Below, one piece after another: positions 17,672 to 27,815 of a stretch of 58,879 nt of DNA. The position numbers and the translations under genes are program-made. The notes under the pieces are model-generated. The model searched no databases, had not been told where the DNA came from, and was given only the letters and a program-made list of their open reading frames with translations. The stretch lies in the NCBI GenBank assembly GCA_965285965.1, contig CBDIWQ010000093.1, forward strand, positions 1 to 58,879, read 5' to 3'. Position 1 is the first letter of the stretch; each line of letters opens with the position of its first letter. Source of the DNA: an uncultured bacterium. GTDB taxonomy: Bacteria; Nitrospirota; Nitrospiria; Nitrospirales; Nitrospiraceae.

Positions 17672-18595
17672 GTGGAGACGAGCCCAACGACCGTTGTTGC
17701 GCTAACCCGACACGCTGATATCGAGCTGGCCATCAGCCAGGGTTTAGCCTCGCTCGATATGGAAACCTTGTTCACCGGCAAACTGGTCGCCGTGAAGCCG
17801 AACGAAACCTGGGCCTCGGCCGAGGATTGTACCGGCGTGACCCAGCCCGACACGCTCCGCGCGGTCATCCGGTATATCAAACAATGGTCTCCGCGCGACC
17901 TGGTGGTAACGGGAGGGGCGGGGGCGGCGGAAACAGAGGAGGTGTTCCGCATCGCGGGTTTGATGGCCGTGGTCGAAGAGCAAGGCGTGCGGTTCTTCGA
18001 CCATAACCGACCTCCGTTCGTTCCGGTGCCATTGGAGTATGGCCGGTCCGGCGAGGTCGCGGGTCCGCAACGCGAGGTGATGGTCAATCCGCAGGTGCTG
18101 GGCTACGACACGCTGGTCGCGGTGAACCAGCTTAAATTGCACGAGACGGCGACCGTGACCTTGGCGCTCAAGAACATCGCCATGTCTTATCCGGCCGCCG
18201 ATTATTACGGGCATCCTCGCTCTCGCCAGCAACACCGCCATCATTTCTTTGACGATATGCATTCGTTCATTGCCGCGATGGCCCGACGCTTTCCCATCGA
18301 CCTCGCTGTGACAGTCGGCCATCCCGCCATGATCGGCACCGGGCCGCTGGGGGGACATGCCGTGGAAACCGGGCTCGTCATTGCGAGCCGCGACGCCTTG
18401 GCGGCGGATGTCGTCGGCGCGCGGCTGTTGGGGTTCACTGTCCAAGCGGTGCGGCATCTGTGGGAAGCGGCTCAATTGAGCGTGGGCGAGAGCGACCTCG
18501 AGCGCATGGAATTTCGCGGCCTGACACTACGGGAAGCCATCGGCGCCTTTACAGAGGCCGCCTACGGCAAGCGGCTCACGTTCGATCACGCGTAG
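17672..18595 (+). CDS. DUF362 domain protein
   Basis: VAVKPN, LKLHETATVTLALKN, GLVIASRDALAADVVGARLLG motifs. Confidence 0.85.
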   Translation: METSPTTVVALTRHADIELAISQGLASLDMETLFTGKLVAVKPNETWASAEDCTGVTQPDTLRAVIRYIKQWSPRDLVVTGGAGAAETEEVFRIAGLMAVVEEQGVRFFDHNRPPFVPVPLEYGRSGEVAGPQREVMVNPQVLGYDTLVAVNQLKLHETATVTLALKNIAMSYPAADYYGHPRSRQQHRHHFFDDMHSFIAAMARRFPIDLAVTVGHPAMIGTGPLGGHAVETGLVIASRDALAADVVGARLLGFTVQAVRHLWEAAQLSVGESDLERMEFRGLTLREAIGAFTEAAYGKRLTFDHA

Positions 18596-18724
18596 TGCTG
18601 TTCCCGCACCCACGATTGAACTGGGGCACTTGCTAGTCGTGGCGGGGCGAGACGGCCCTCATAGTAGAGAGATTCGACTAAATGACGGACGCATTGTGAA
18701 GGGCAAGGGAGACATAGACCTGCA

Positions 18725-19780
18725 ATGACGTTGTGCTTGAAGCCGGTGCCTGAACAGGTCATCGTGATCACCGGTGCATCGAGCGGGATCGGGTTGGTGA
18801 CGGCTCGTCTCGCGGCCCGGCGCCGAGCCCGGGTGATGCTGACAGCCCGTAACGAGGAGGCGCTCGCGCGCTTGGCCCGTGAAATCGAGGCCGGCGGCCG
18901 TGGAAAAGCAGCGGCGGTCGCGGCCGACGTGTCCGATGAATCCGCACTCAGGCGAGTGGCCGATGAAGCGGTTCGGCGGTTCGGCCGAATTGATACGTGG
19001 GTCAACTGTGCCGGCGTCTCGTTGTATGGCCGGGCCCTGGATGTGTCGCTTGAAGATCAACGGCAGGTGTTCGAGACCAATTTCTGGGGCGTGGTGCACG
19101 GCAGCCGGATCGCCGTCGAGCATTTGCGCGGACAGGGTGGTGCCCTGATCAATATGGGCAGCACGCTGTCTGATGTCCCCGTGCCTCTCCAAGCCGCCTA
19201 TAGTGCCAGCAAGCATGCGGTAAAGGCTTATACGAATGCGTTGCGCCTCGAACTCGAGCACGACCGTCTTCCCATTGCCGTGACGCTGATCAAACCCTAC
19301 TCCATCGACACGCCGTACATCCGGCACGCCAAAAATTATCTGTCCCATGAACCCGCGTACCCTCCGCCGGTGTACGCGCCGGAGGTAGTGGCCGCCGCCA
19401 TTCTTCACTGTGCCGAGCATCCGGTCCGTGACGTGTTCGCCGGGGGGAGCGGGAAGGTCATGTCGGCCGCCAATTACTATGCGCCCCGGCTGATGGACAA
19501 GCTGATGCAGACCACGATGTTCGATCTACAGCAATCCGATGAGCCGGAACGCGACCGCAGCAAGAACAGCTTGTATGGTCCCACGTCGGAATTGAAGGAA
19601 CGGGGGGGCCATCCTGGCCATGTATCGGAGTCCAGCCTCTATACCTACGCCTCACTGCATCCCATGATGACCGGAGCCGTGATGGCGATGGTGGGGCTGA
19701 CGCTGGCATCGCTGATGAGGGGCGGTGGAGACGGTCAAGCAGCCACTCCTCTCCGTAGTCAGACCAGCCATCTTTTTTAA
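18725..19780 (+). CDS. SDR-family oxidoreductase
   Basis: TGASSGIG, NCAG, YSASK. Confidence 0.93.
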   Translation: MTLCLKPVPEQVIVITGASSGIGLVTARLAARRRARVMLTARNEEALARLAREIEAGGRGKAAAVAADVSDESALRRVADEAVRRFGRIDTWVNCAGVSLYGRALDVSLEDQRQVFETNFWGVVHGSRIAVEHLRGQGGALINMGSTLSDVPVPLQAAYSASKHAVKAYTNALRLELEHDRLPIAVTLIKPYSIDTPYIRHAKNYLSHEPAYPPPVYAPEVVAAAILHCAEHPVRDVFAGGSGKVMSAANYYAPRLMDKLMQTTMFDLQQSDEPERDRSKNSLYGPTSELKERGGHPGHVSESSLYTYASLHPMMTGAVMAMVGLTLASLMRGGGDGQAATPLRSQTSHLF

Positions 19781-19939
19781 TCGGATTGAGAGCAGAGGCA
19801 GGCAGGGCACCGATCCAGGAGTTCTCATGTCAACCTCAGGCAGTCGCGATTCGGCCTGCACCATGGTTGCGCCGCCATGGTTCGGCGTCACGCGACGCTG
19901 GTTGCGGCCGGCCGGAATCTGAAAACTTGTGGAGGTCAT

Positions 19940-21397
19940 ATGAAGTGGCACCGTTCGCCTGTCACCGTGGTCTGTACCGCTCTCATCGCGTCCGGAATCC
20001 TCTGGGTCTCCTTCTCGAACCGGTCCGGCCTGGCTCAGCCCACGCCTGAGGGAAAACGGCAGCAGTCGCAGGTGGTCACGATCGAGGAAGCCAAGAAGAA
20101 GGGTTTTGAGGGCGTCGATTTCAGCTACGACATCTTTGGCGCCCCGCCGGGACAGGATCCGCAGAAATCGTTCGAGCAGGTCATGAAGAAAGATATGGCG
20201 GAAAAGCCTGAGGTCATGGCACAGCAGCGGAAGCGGCTGGAGGAGCGGTATGACCTGAGCTGCAAGCAGTCATCCGGCATCACGATGACCAAGGGAAAGC
20301 CACAGCCGATCGGACCCGCCGTGAAGCTGCCGGCTGGAGCGACCTGGGAGGCGTTAGGGCGCTCTTCCTCGGAAGAGATCAAGACGCAGCGCAGATTTCC
20401 GGCGGGCTTCGACCGCCTGCCGCATGTGAAACAGGCGGTCGGCGGACAGGTCTTTCCGCAACTCCAGATCAAGCAATTCCCTCGGCTGGAACGGTTCGAC
20501 GTGGACTTCGATCTTCCCGAATGTTTTCTCCCTGAGTTCCCTCCGCCGATTTTCCTGACAATCCATCCTGAACTGGGCGACGTGTCGCAAGGAGAGGTGC
20601 TGCATGCCGAGAATTTCGACCGGCTCTTTCGCGGCCTCGTGACGCCCGCCCAGTTGGACGGATTGCGGATGCTCGTGACGCAGTTTGCACAGGAGGAGTT
20701 CAACGCCACGCACGACCGAAAATCAGCCAAGCCCAGTCTGGGGGTCACCTGCCTGGACTGCCACGTGAACTTCCATACGACAGGCCAGTTCCATCTGAAT
20801 CCGGACACGCGCCCGCAGATGGACCGGCTCCGGCTCGACACGCCGAGCTTGCGAGGCATGTTCAACCAGCAGATCCACGGCTCGAAGCGGTCCATCCGTT
20901 CAGTCGAGGACTTTACCGAGTTCGAGCAGCGCACGGCCTATTTCAACGGCGATCCGATACGCGCGATGAAGAAAGGCATGAATCTGATCGATCGTGTGCC
21001 GGTGGCCCATATGGGCCAGATGCAGAACATGATCGACTTCCCGCCGGCGCCGCATCTTGATCCCATGACCGGACGGTTGGACCGGACCAAGGCCACGCCA
21101 CTGGAAACCCGCGGCGAAGATCTCTTCTTCGGCAAGGCCAAGTGCGCCGCCTGCCATCTGCCCCCGTCCTATACCGATCATCAGATGCATGACCTCCATC
21201 TCGAACGCTTCGGCGCAACCGCGGATGGGCCCATCAAAACGTTCGTCTTAAGAGGCATCAAAGATACACCGCCCTACTTCCATGACGGGCGATTGCCGAC
21301 GCTGGAGGATACGGTGGAGTTCTTTAACGTGGTCGGCGGGCTGGGTCTGGAGCCGGAAGACAAGAAAGCGCTGGTCGCCTTCATGCGCGCCTTGTGA
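19940..21397 (+). CDS. Exported diheme cytochrome c (cytochrome c peroxidase/MauG superfamily)
   Basis: GGAGG RBS, signal peptide, CLDCH and CAACH heme motifs, PPYFHDGRLPTLED. Confidence 0.88.
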   Translation: MKWHRSPVTVVCTALIASGILWVSFSNRSGLAQPTPEGKRQQSQVVTIEEAKKKGFEGVDFSYDIFGAPPGQDPQKSFEQVMKKDMAEKPEVMAQQRKRLEERYDLSCKQSSGITMTKGKPQPIGPAVKLPAGATWEALGRSSSEEIKTQRRFPAGFDRLPHVKQAVGGQVFPQLQIKQFPRLERFDVDFDLPECFLPEFPPPIFLTIHPELGDVSQGEVLHAENFDRLFRGLVTPAQLDGLRMLVTQFAQEEFNATHDRKSAKPSLGVTCLDCHVNFHTTGQFHLNPDTRPQMDRLRLDTPSLRGMFNQQIHGSKRSIRSVEDFTEFEQRTAYFNGDPIRAMKKGMNLIDRVPVAHMGQMQNMIDFPPAPHLDPMTGRLDRTKATPLETRGEDLFFGKAKCAACHLPPSYTDHQMHDLHLERFGATADGPIKTFVLRGIKDTPPYFHDGRLPTLEDTVEFFNVVGGLGLEPEDKKALVAFMRAL

Positions 21398-21461
21398 GGC
21401 CGGTGGAAGTGTTTCTTCATGCAGACCGAAGGTGGCGCGTCATCTTCCGAACCAGATGCCG

Positions 21462-21491
21462 GACAGGCTGTCCGGAACAAGACAGGCTGTC
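21462..21491. promoter_or_regulatory. Tandem palindromic sites GACAGGCTGTC x2 (putative enhancer)
   Basis: Copies at 21462 and 21481, about 100 bp upstream of a sigma54-like promoter. Confidence 0.55.
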
Positions 21492-21568
21492 TGCCATTTT
21501 TGCGAGGAACCATACCGCGGATGGGCGTGAAGGAGTTTAAAGAGCGCAGTTTACAAGATCTCCGCTTC

Positions 21569-21584
21569 CGGTCCGAGGTTTGCT
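21569..21584 (+). promoter_or_regulatory. Sigma54-like promoter
   Basis: CGGTCC-GAGGT-TTGCT, 40 nt before ATG 21624. Confidence 0.5.
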
Positions 21585-21623
21585 CCTTTCTGTGCACCAA
21601 ACATACACAAGAAAGGATGCGGG

Positions 21624-22469
21624 ATGAAACGGATGGGCAGACACATGATCTTGGCAGCGACCGTGGTGACGGCAATGGGGGAAGTGGCGGTATTTGGTGG
21701 GCAGGACTCCGCCACGCGTGCAGGAGAACAGGCTCAGCCCCAGGGCACGGTGCAGGGCTCAGACGGCGAGCGAATCATCAGGGAGCCGACGGCCAATCTT
21801 CTGCCGGGTAATCGGCTCGTACTCGGCCGTATCAACGAGGTGAGGAGCGAACAAATCGAAATCGATATCGGGCACCCTCAGCCTCTCTACGTTCCGCTGA
21901 AGCCGGCGCAAAAAAAAGGACAGACCTTCCGACCCGGTGATCCTATTGTAGTGACGCTGAACGATCACAACGCGGTGGTCGACTTTCATGCTCCTGACGA
22001 GGAGTCTCACCATCAGGTCCTCCGTGGCAAGCTCAGCACCCCCTTGACGGTCGGACTCGACAAGGCGGTGATCGAGACGGATCAAGGCCAAAAGACGTTT
22101 ATGGTGGCCGACCGCGCCAAGGGAAAGCTGACGGTGATTCCGGTCGGTGTGGAAGCCCTGTTCATGGCGGATGAAACCGGCGAGCTGGTGGATGCGCAGC
22201 TGGCCAGCCGGGAAGCGGTGCAGGCCTCCGCGCAGAACAGCAAGGCCAAGGTCAAAGGCGCGCACGCGCGGGTCCCGGCCGTCTTTCATGGAACGAGCGA
22301 GGGCGACCGGATCAAGATCTCTGAGCAAGGAAGGGAACGGCTGGTTCCGATACGGTCCCCGCTCCCCAAGCTCGGACAGATCAAAGAGGGAGAAGAAGTC
22401 GTACTGCTGATGGACGAGCAGGGGTACGTGATGGAGATCGCGACTCCCGAAATGCAGCCTTCCCGCTGA
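21624..22469 (+). CDS. Exported hypothetical protein with repeated small beta domains
   Basis: Signal peptide; internal repeats GDPIVVTLNDHNAVVD / GVEALFMADETGELVD / GEEVVLLMDEQGYVME. Confidence 0.8.
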   Translation: MKRMGRHMILAATVVTAMGEVAVFGGQDSATRAGEQAQPQGTVQGSDGERIIREPTANLLPGNRLVLGRINEVRSEQIEIDIGHPQPLYVPLKPAQKKGQTFRPGDPIVVTLNDHNAVVDFHAPDEESHHQVLRGKLSTPLTVGLDKAVIETDQGQKTFMVADRAKGKLTVIPVGVEALFMADETGELVDAQLASREAVQASAQNSKAKVKGAHARVPAVFHGTSEGDRIKISEQGRERLVPIRSPLPKLGQIKEGEEVVLLMDEQGYVMEIATPEMQPSR

Positions 22470-22537
22470 CCCATCGCGGAGGCAGAGGCGCGTATACAGG
22501 ACGTGTCGTCCAGTGCCGGTTGGTGAGGAGGAAAGTC

Positions 22538-22774
22538 ATGGATACAGCCGATCAATCCCTGTTGAACCACATTCAAGAACTCGTGACTCGAGAGCATCGG
22601 CTCCAGGGGGAAGCTGAGACAGAGGAAGACCGGTCCCGTTTACGGACCGTGCAAGTGGAATTGGATCAGGCCTGGGATCTACTCCGTCAGCGACGGGCAC
22701 TCCGTGCGAGCGGCCAGGATCCGGACAAGGCCCAGGTGCGTCCGCCGCAGGTTGTTGAGAAATATGAGCAGTAG
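22538..22774 (+). CDS. DUF2630 family protein
   Basis: GAGGAG RBS; VELDQAWDLLRQRRALR...RPPQVVEKYEQ. Confidence 0.85.
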   Translation: MDTADQSLLNHIQELVTREHRLQGEAETEEDRSRLRTVQVELDQAWDLLRQRRALRASGQDPDKAQVRPPQVVEKYEQ

Positions 22775-23282
22775 TTTGGAAAGGGTGGCCCTCAGCACGC
22801 TGACCAGCAGTGTCGCCGTGGCCGGGGTTGCGGCCTGGCGCGGCCGCGTCGAAGGCTCCTCGGCCTGGAGGCCGGTCAACGCGATCAGCCATATCGTCTG
22901 GGGACCAGCGGCCGGAGCGGCGCGCGGGCTCAGTCTGCGTCATACCGGGCTGGGTCTGCTACTGAACGGGGCGGCCTGTGCCTTCTGGTCCTGGGTCTAT
23001 GAGCTCGGCCGCGGGATCGGCAGACAGCCGGGCTCGATGGTGAATGCCGCCCTGAGCGCGATCGGCGTTTCGGTCCTCGCCTATGTGACCGACTACCATG
23101 TCGTGCCGCGTCGATTCACGCCCGGGTTCGAACTGAGCCTCTTGCGCCGCAGCTTTCCTTGGCTCTACGGCGCCCTCGCTGTCGGCCTGCTTATTCCATC
23201 GTCGGCGGCATGGTGTCGAGCTTCCAGGAAACCGGTGAAGGGGCAGATGAAAGCTGATCTGGACGGAGTGTCCGAGGACTAA
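22764..23282 (+). CDS. Hypothetical membrane protein
   Basis: NAISHIVWG and AYVTDYHVVPRRFTPGFE, several hydrophobic segments; overlaps the previous stop. Confidence 0.75.
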   Translation: MSSSLERVALSTLTSSVAVAGVAAWRGRVEGSSAWRPVNAISHIVWGPAAGAARGLSLRHTGLGLLLNGAACAFWSWVYELGRGIGRQPGSMVNAALSAIGVSVLAYVTDYHVVPRRFTPGFELSLLRRSFPWLYGALAVGLLIPSSAAWCRASRKPVKGQMKADLDGVSED

Positions 23283-23371
23283 CGGGAAATCCCGCGCGGA
23301 GGATGACCCCGAGTAGCGACGGTGGATGGCGAACGCGAGTACAAGCGCATCGTAACGAAGGAGCATGCGAT

Positions 23372-23893
23372 ATGCGTACGGCGGCACTGGTAGGAATCGC
23401 GCTGGTGGTCAGTGGGGCGCACACCTCTCCGTTGTCAGGGCAGGAAGCCATTCTGCCTCACGGAGATCCCCGGCTACGCGATGAGGCCCGGGAGGCGCAA
23501 CGACGTGAGGAGATCCGGGACAACCGGCTGAAGCAGCAAGGACAAGGACCGAACTACCGCGTCGAAGGAGAGCCTCAAGCGTCGGCCGGCTCGGATGACT
23601 CCCGATCCGGACCCTCGCATGGGCTCACTCGTCAAGACACCGGCATGGAAGATCCCAGTGTGAATCCCGGCCAGTCGTCCGGCATGCGAAGTGTGCGCGG
23701 CCGCATCATCAAGTCAGAGGCGGACACCCATGTCGTCCGCCAGCCGACCGGCGACGATACGACGTTGGTTGTGGATGCCCGCACCGCCGGGGATCGCGAC
23801 CTGCATCCGGGGGATGTCATCACCGGCATCATTACGCCGCAAGGTCGTGCCGTGGCGATTCAGAAGGCGGCGCAGGACCCCTCCACCCCATGA
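23372..23893 (+). CDS. Exported hypothetical protein
   Basis: AAGGAG RBS, signal peptide, C-terminal beta domain (LHPGDVITGIITPQGRAVAI). Confidence 0.75.
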   Translation: MRTAALVGIALVVSGAHTSPLSGQEAILPHGDPRLRDEAREAQRREEIRDNRLKQQGQGPNYRVEGEPQASAGSDDSRSGPSHGLTRQDTGMEDPSVNPGQSSGMRSVRGRIIKSEADTHVVRQPTGDDTTLVVDARTAGDRDLHPGDVITGIITPQGRAVAIQKAAQDPSTP

Positions 23894-23988
23894 GTGCGGC
23901 AGTAAAGGCGAGGGCAGGCAGGGCGCAACCAATGCACGAAGCGGTGCCTTGACTGACCGGCGACGGCATCGCCGGAGAAAAGGATACG

Positions 23989-24960
23989 ATGATCACGCAA
24001 TCTTCGGCGCAAGGCGAACAAGACACCCAGGCGGTCGTACCGGGCTCCGGGGAGTCTCATGCGAGGCAAGGCGGGCCTTCGAGAGATGATGTGGCCTGGA
24101 GCAAAACGCTTGGGTGGTTCAGCATCGGACTAGGATTGGCCGAGGTGGCGGCACCCCGGCGACTGGCGCGCCTGATAGGCGTGGAGGAACGCCGATTGCT
24201 GCTGCGCTCGCTGGGCGTGCGCGAAATCATCAGCGGGGTCGGCATCCTCACCCAGCGCCAGCCGGCCGGCTGGATGTGGTCGCGTGTCGCCGGTGATGCG
24301 ATGGACCTGGCCCTGCTCGGCGCCGCCTTTCGGGCTCCCGTCAGCGGGCGGGGCAAAAGACGGGTTGCGCTGACCGCGGCGGCTGTCGCCGGTGTCACGA
24401 TGGCGGATTTCATGGTCAGCCGGCGTCTGACTCGGGCGTCCGATAGCAGCCTCGTCCGTGTGACGCAGTCGGTCACGATCAACCGTCGTGCGGAGGACCT
24501 CTATGGGGTCTGGCGGCGGTTCGAAAATCTGCCGCCGATGCTGCCGCATCTCGCGTCGGTGCAAGCGGTGAACGAGACGCGCTCGCACTGGGTGGTGCGC
24601 GGGCCCGCCGGCACGGCGGTGGAGTGGGATGCGGACATCATTGAGGACCGCCCGAACGAGATGATCGCCTGGCGTGCGCTGCCGGACGCCGACATCCGCC
24701 ACGCCGGGTCTGTGCGGTTCCGACCGGCTCCCGGTGGGCGCGGTACCGAAGTGACCGTCACGTTCGAATACGTACCGCCCGCCGGCGGACTGGGCTCCGC
24801 GGTGGCCATGCTGTTCGGGGCGGAGCCGGCCCAACAGGTCTATGAGGGGTTGCGAGCTTTTAAGCAGATCATGGAAACCGGTGAAATTGTCCGGTCGGAC
24901 GCGAGCATCCACCGCGGGATGCATCCCGCGCAGCCGCCGCGGGTCGGCGTGAGCCGTTAA
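23989..24960 (+). CDS. SRPBCC (cyclase/dehydrase) family protein with membrane N-terminus
   Basis: LGWFSIGLG, WRRFENLP, WDADIIEDRPNEMIAW, FKQIMETGEI. Confidence 0.9.
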   Translation: MITQSSAQGEQDTQAVVPGSGESHARQGGPSRDDVAWSKTLGWFSIGLGLAEVAAPRRLARLIGVEERRLLLRSLGVREIISGVGILTQRQPAGWMWSRVAGDAMDLALLGAAFRAPVSGRGKRRVALTAAAVAGVTMADFMVSRRLTRASDSSLVRVTQSVTINRRAEDLYGVWRRFENLPPMLPHLASVQAVNETRSHWVVRGPAGTAVEWDADIIEDRPNEMIAWRALPDADIRHAGSVRFRPAPGGRGTEVTVTFEYVPPAGGLGSAVAMLFGAEPAQQVYEGLRAFKQIMETGEIVRSDASIHRGMHPAQPPRVGVSR

Positions 24961-25005
24961 CGTGCCGGGAGGCCGCCCGGTTCGAACCAGGAAAGGAACT
25001 GCGGG

Positions 25006-26172
25006 ATGAAAGCCACCTGTTGGATCGGCAAAAAGACGATCGAAGTGCAGGACGTGCCGGATCCCACGATTTTGAATGCGCAGGATGCCATCGTGAAAGT
25101 CACCTCGACGGCGATCTGCGGATCCGATCTCCATTTGTACAACGGGTTTGTGCCGGCGATGGAGAGCGGCGACGTGCTGGGGCATGAGTTCATGGGTGAA
25201 GTCGTGGAGGTGGGGAAAGGAGTCTCCAAGCTGCGGGTCGGCGACCGCGTCGTGGTACCCTTTCCCATTGCCTGCGGCCGGTGCTGGTCATGCCAGAACG
25301 GGCTCTTCTCGACCTGTGAGAACAGCAATCCCAACGCCTGGATGGCCGAGACCCTGTGGGGCTATTCTCCCTGCGGCATCTTCGGCTATTCGCACTTGCT
25401 GGGCGGCTTCGCCGGAGGACAGGCGGAGTATGTGCGCGTGCCGTTCGCCGACGTCGGGCCGATCAAAATTGAGAAGAGTCTCTCGGACGAGCAAGTGTTG
25501 TTTCTCTCCGACATCTTTCCGACCGGCTACATGGGCGCGGAAGCCTGCGACATCAAACCCGGCCATCTCGTCGCAGTGTGGGGCTGCGGACCAGTCGGTC
25601 AGTTTGCCATTGCCAGCGCCTTTTTGCTGGGCGCGGAACGGGTGATCGCGATCGACCGGTTTCCCTATCGGTTGGAGATGGCGCGCAGGCAAGGCGCGGA
25701 GATTCTCAACTATGAGCACAGCGACGTGTTGGATGAGTTGAAGACCATGACCGGCGGCCGGGGACCGGATGCCTGCATCGATGCCGTCGGGTTGGAGGCC
25801 CACGCGCCCGGCTTGCAATATGCGTATGATCGCGTGAAGCAAGCGGTGATGCTCGAGACGGATCGGCCGATCGCCCTGCGGGAAGCCATCATGGCCTGCC
25901 GCAACGGGGGGACGGTGTCGGTCCTAGGGGTCTACGGCGGGTTCATCGACAAGTTCCCCATGGGAGCGCTGATGAACCGTTCTCTGACTATTAAGGCCGG
26001 TCAGGCCCATGTACAGCGCTACCTCCAGCCGCTCTTGAGGAAAATCGAAGAAGGGGCGATCGATCCGGCTTTCGTGATCACGCATCGTCTGCGGCTGTCC
26101 GATGCGCCGAAGGCGTACGAATTGTTCAACCAGAAACGAGAGGATTGCATGAAAGTCGTCATGACGCCGTAG
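25006..26172 (+). CDS. Zinc-dependent alcohol/formaldehyde dehydrogenase (MDR family)
   Basis: CGSDLH, GHEFMG, CGRCWSC...[15 protein letters not shown]. Confidence 0.93.
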   Translation: MKATCWIGKKTIEVQDVPDPTILNAQDAIVKVTSTAICGSDLHLYNGFVPAMESGDVLGHEFMGEVVEVGKGVSKLRVGDRVVVPFPIACGRCWSCQNGLFSTCENSNPNAWMAETLWGYSPCGIFGYSHLLGGFAGGQAEYVRVPFADVGPIKIEKSLSDEQVLFLSDIFPTGYMGAEACDIKPGHLVAVWGCGPVGQFAIASAFLLGAERVIAIDRFPYRLEMARRQGAEILNYEHSDVLDELKTMTGGRGPDACIDAVGLEAHAPGLQYAYDRVKQAVMLETDRPIALREAIMACRNGGTVSVLGVYGGFIDKFPMGALMNRSLTIKAGQAHVQRYLQPLLRKIEEGAIDPAFVITHRLRLSDAPKAYELFNQKREDCMKVVMTP

Positions 26173-26219
26173 GCTGGTGAACTATTCAACGACGGAGTCC
26201 GGAGATCGGAGGTCGTGCC

Positions 26220-27095
26220 ATGAGAAGAGATGTCATGCTGATTGCCGCTTCAGTCCTTATCGGTGCGGCTGGAACGGCCGTAGCGGATGCCGGCCCCGCG
26301 ACGCCCAAGCCCGGTGGGACGACGGGGCAGAGCCCCGCGCCCGCTTTGAGTGCCACAGAAGCCTTGCGCTTCGCCAAGCAGGCCGAAGCCGCCGGTGCGG
26401 AAAAGAACCTCGAGTCGTTCACCGGGCACATTGATCAGGCGTTGGAGATTGCGGTCAGGACCGGCACGCAGGCGCCGAGCCATCGGATGGCCAAAGCCAT
26501 CCATGCTCTGAGAGAAGGGTTGACCCGAGCGCACCAGGGTCGCCTGAATGAAGCCCGTGAGGATGTGCAAACCGGCATTGTGTGGCTGACTCGCGCTGCG
26601 GGTCTACCGGCCAACGCCCCGTCGGCCACCTGGTCGCCTGCCCGTGAAACCGCATCGCGAAAGGAGTCGTCCATGGACCACTTTGTGACCGATATCGAGG
26701 AGGCCACCGTCAAGAATGAAGATTTCCGCCGGGTGCTGTACACGGCTCCCAACAGCCAGCTGGTGCTGATGACGCTCAAGCCAGGCGAGGACATCGGCGC
26801 CGAAACGCACGACCTGGATCAGTTCATCCGCATTGAGGCCGGCCGCGGCACCGCCCAGTTGAACGGAAAGGACTATCCGATCCATGACGGCAGTGCCCTG
26901 GTCATACCCGCAGGCACCCGGCACAACGTCATCAATACCGGCCGCGATGAAGCGTTGAAGCTGTACACGTTGTATAGTCCGCCGGAACACAAGGACGGCA
27001 CGGTACACCGCACGAAGCAAGAGGCTCAAGCGGATCGGGACGATCACTTCGACGGCAAGACGACCGCTATGCTCCACGAGTCACCGTCCCGGTAG
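26220..27095 (+). CDS. Exported helical (SmbP-like) domain in frame with a cupin domain (internal start 26673)
   Basis: Signal peptide and four-helix pattern. AAGGAG RBS before MDHFVTDIEE; cupin motifs GAETH..DQFIRIE, IPAGTRHNVIN, LYTLYSPPEH. Confidence 0.8.
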   Translation: MRRDVMLIAASVLIGAAGTAVADAGPATPKPGGTTGQSPAPALSATEALRFAKQAEAAGAEKNLESFTGHIDQALEIAVRTGTQAPSHRMAKAIHALREGLTRAHQGRLNEAREDVQTGIVWLTRAAGLPANAPSATWSPARETASRKESSMDHFVTDIEEATVKNEDFRRVLYTAPNSQLVLMTLKPGEDIGAETHDLDQFIRIEAGRGTAQLNGKDYPIHDGSALVIPAGTRHNVINTGRDEALKLYTLYSPPEHKDGTVHRTKQEAQADRDDHFDGKTTAMLHESPSR

Positions 27096-27398
27096 CGTCG
27101 GTGTCCCGGCCGGCTGCCGACAGAGAGCACCGTGACGCGACGTACTTGTCGTCGGCTGCTTTGCCGCATCCGATGCGGTGAAGAGTCGTTGTCCTTCGGA
27201 AAGCCGGCCTGAGAGTCGCTCTCATCTATCGTCCTCGTACAGTCCTCGGACAGTCCGTCCGTCCGAAGACATGATGGTCCCGGCGGATTTGCTGCTCGCT
27301 GTCTGCACGAGCGGCTCTCGGGGCACCGGGTGCGCGCGGTATCCCGGATTTCTCATAAGAGCGCTCGCGCCGACACAACGACTTTGGGCCGACTGCGG

Positions 27399-27413
27399 GG
27401 CATATCGCTTGCT
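27399..27413 (+). promoter_or_regulatory. Sigma54 promoter
   Basis: GGCAT-ATCGC-TTGCT, identical to 51004..51018. Confidence 0.6.
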
Positions 27414-27451
27414 TCCTCTTTTGTCGAAAGACGAGGTCACAGGGAGGCCAC

Positions 27452-27547
27452 ATGTCTTCTCTTTTCGTCTCGCCATGTCTGCAGGCACCTGCGCCGCTCT
27501 CCTGGCGGACAAGGCTCATGCGGCACTGGGAGGGCCACAGGCTTTGA
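27452..27547 (+). CDS. Putative 31-aa microprotein
   Basis: GGGAGG RBS after the sigma54 motif; MSSLFVSPCLQAPAPLSWRTRLMRHWEGHRL*. Confidence 0.4.
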   Translation: MSSLFVSPCLQAPAPLSWRTRLMRHWEGHRL

Positions 27548-27815
27548 CCGGCTTGTCCGCACCTCGTCAGAGCACGCCCGTTTCACAACGTCGCGAATCA
27601 TGCCCAATCAAAGTTGAGGCGGTGCGCGTGACCCATGCCGATTAACAACCTCTCGGATGGCCGCTTGCGAGCGCAGCGGCTGGTGTTCGCTGCGGGTCGC
27701 TTTCGCTTGAGGATGGAGCTGCATGATGAGCGTGGCTGACATGCCGGACTGCAGTTCGCGCCCACGAGCCCTGGCCACCGTTGCGGTGTGCCTGCCGGCG
27801 GGCCGAAGGGGATAG

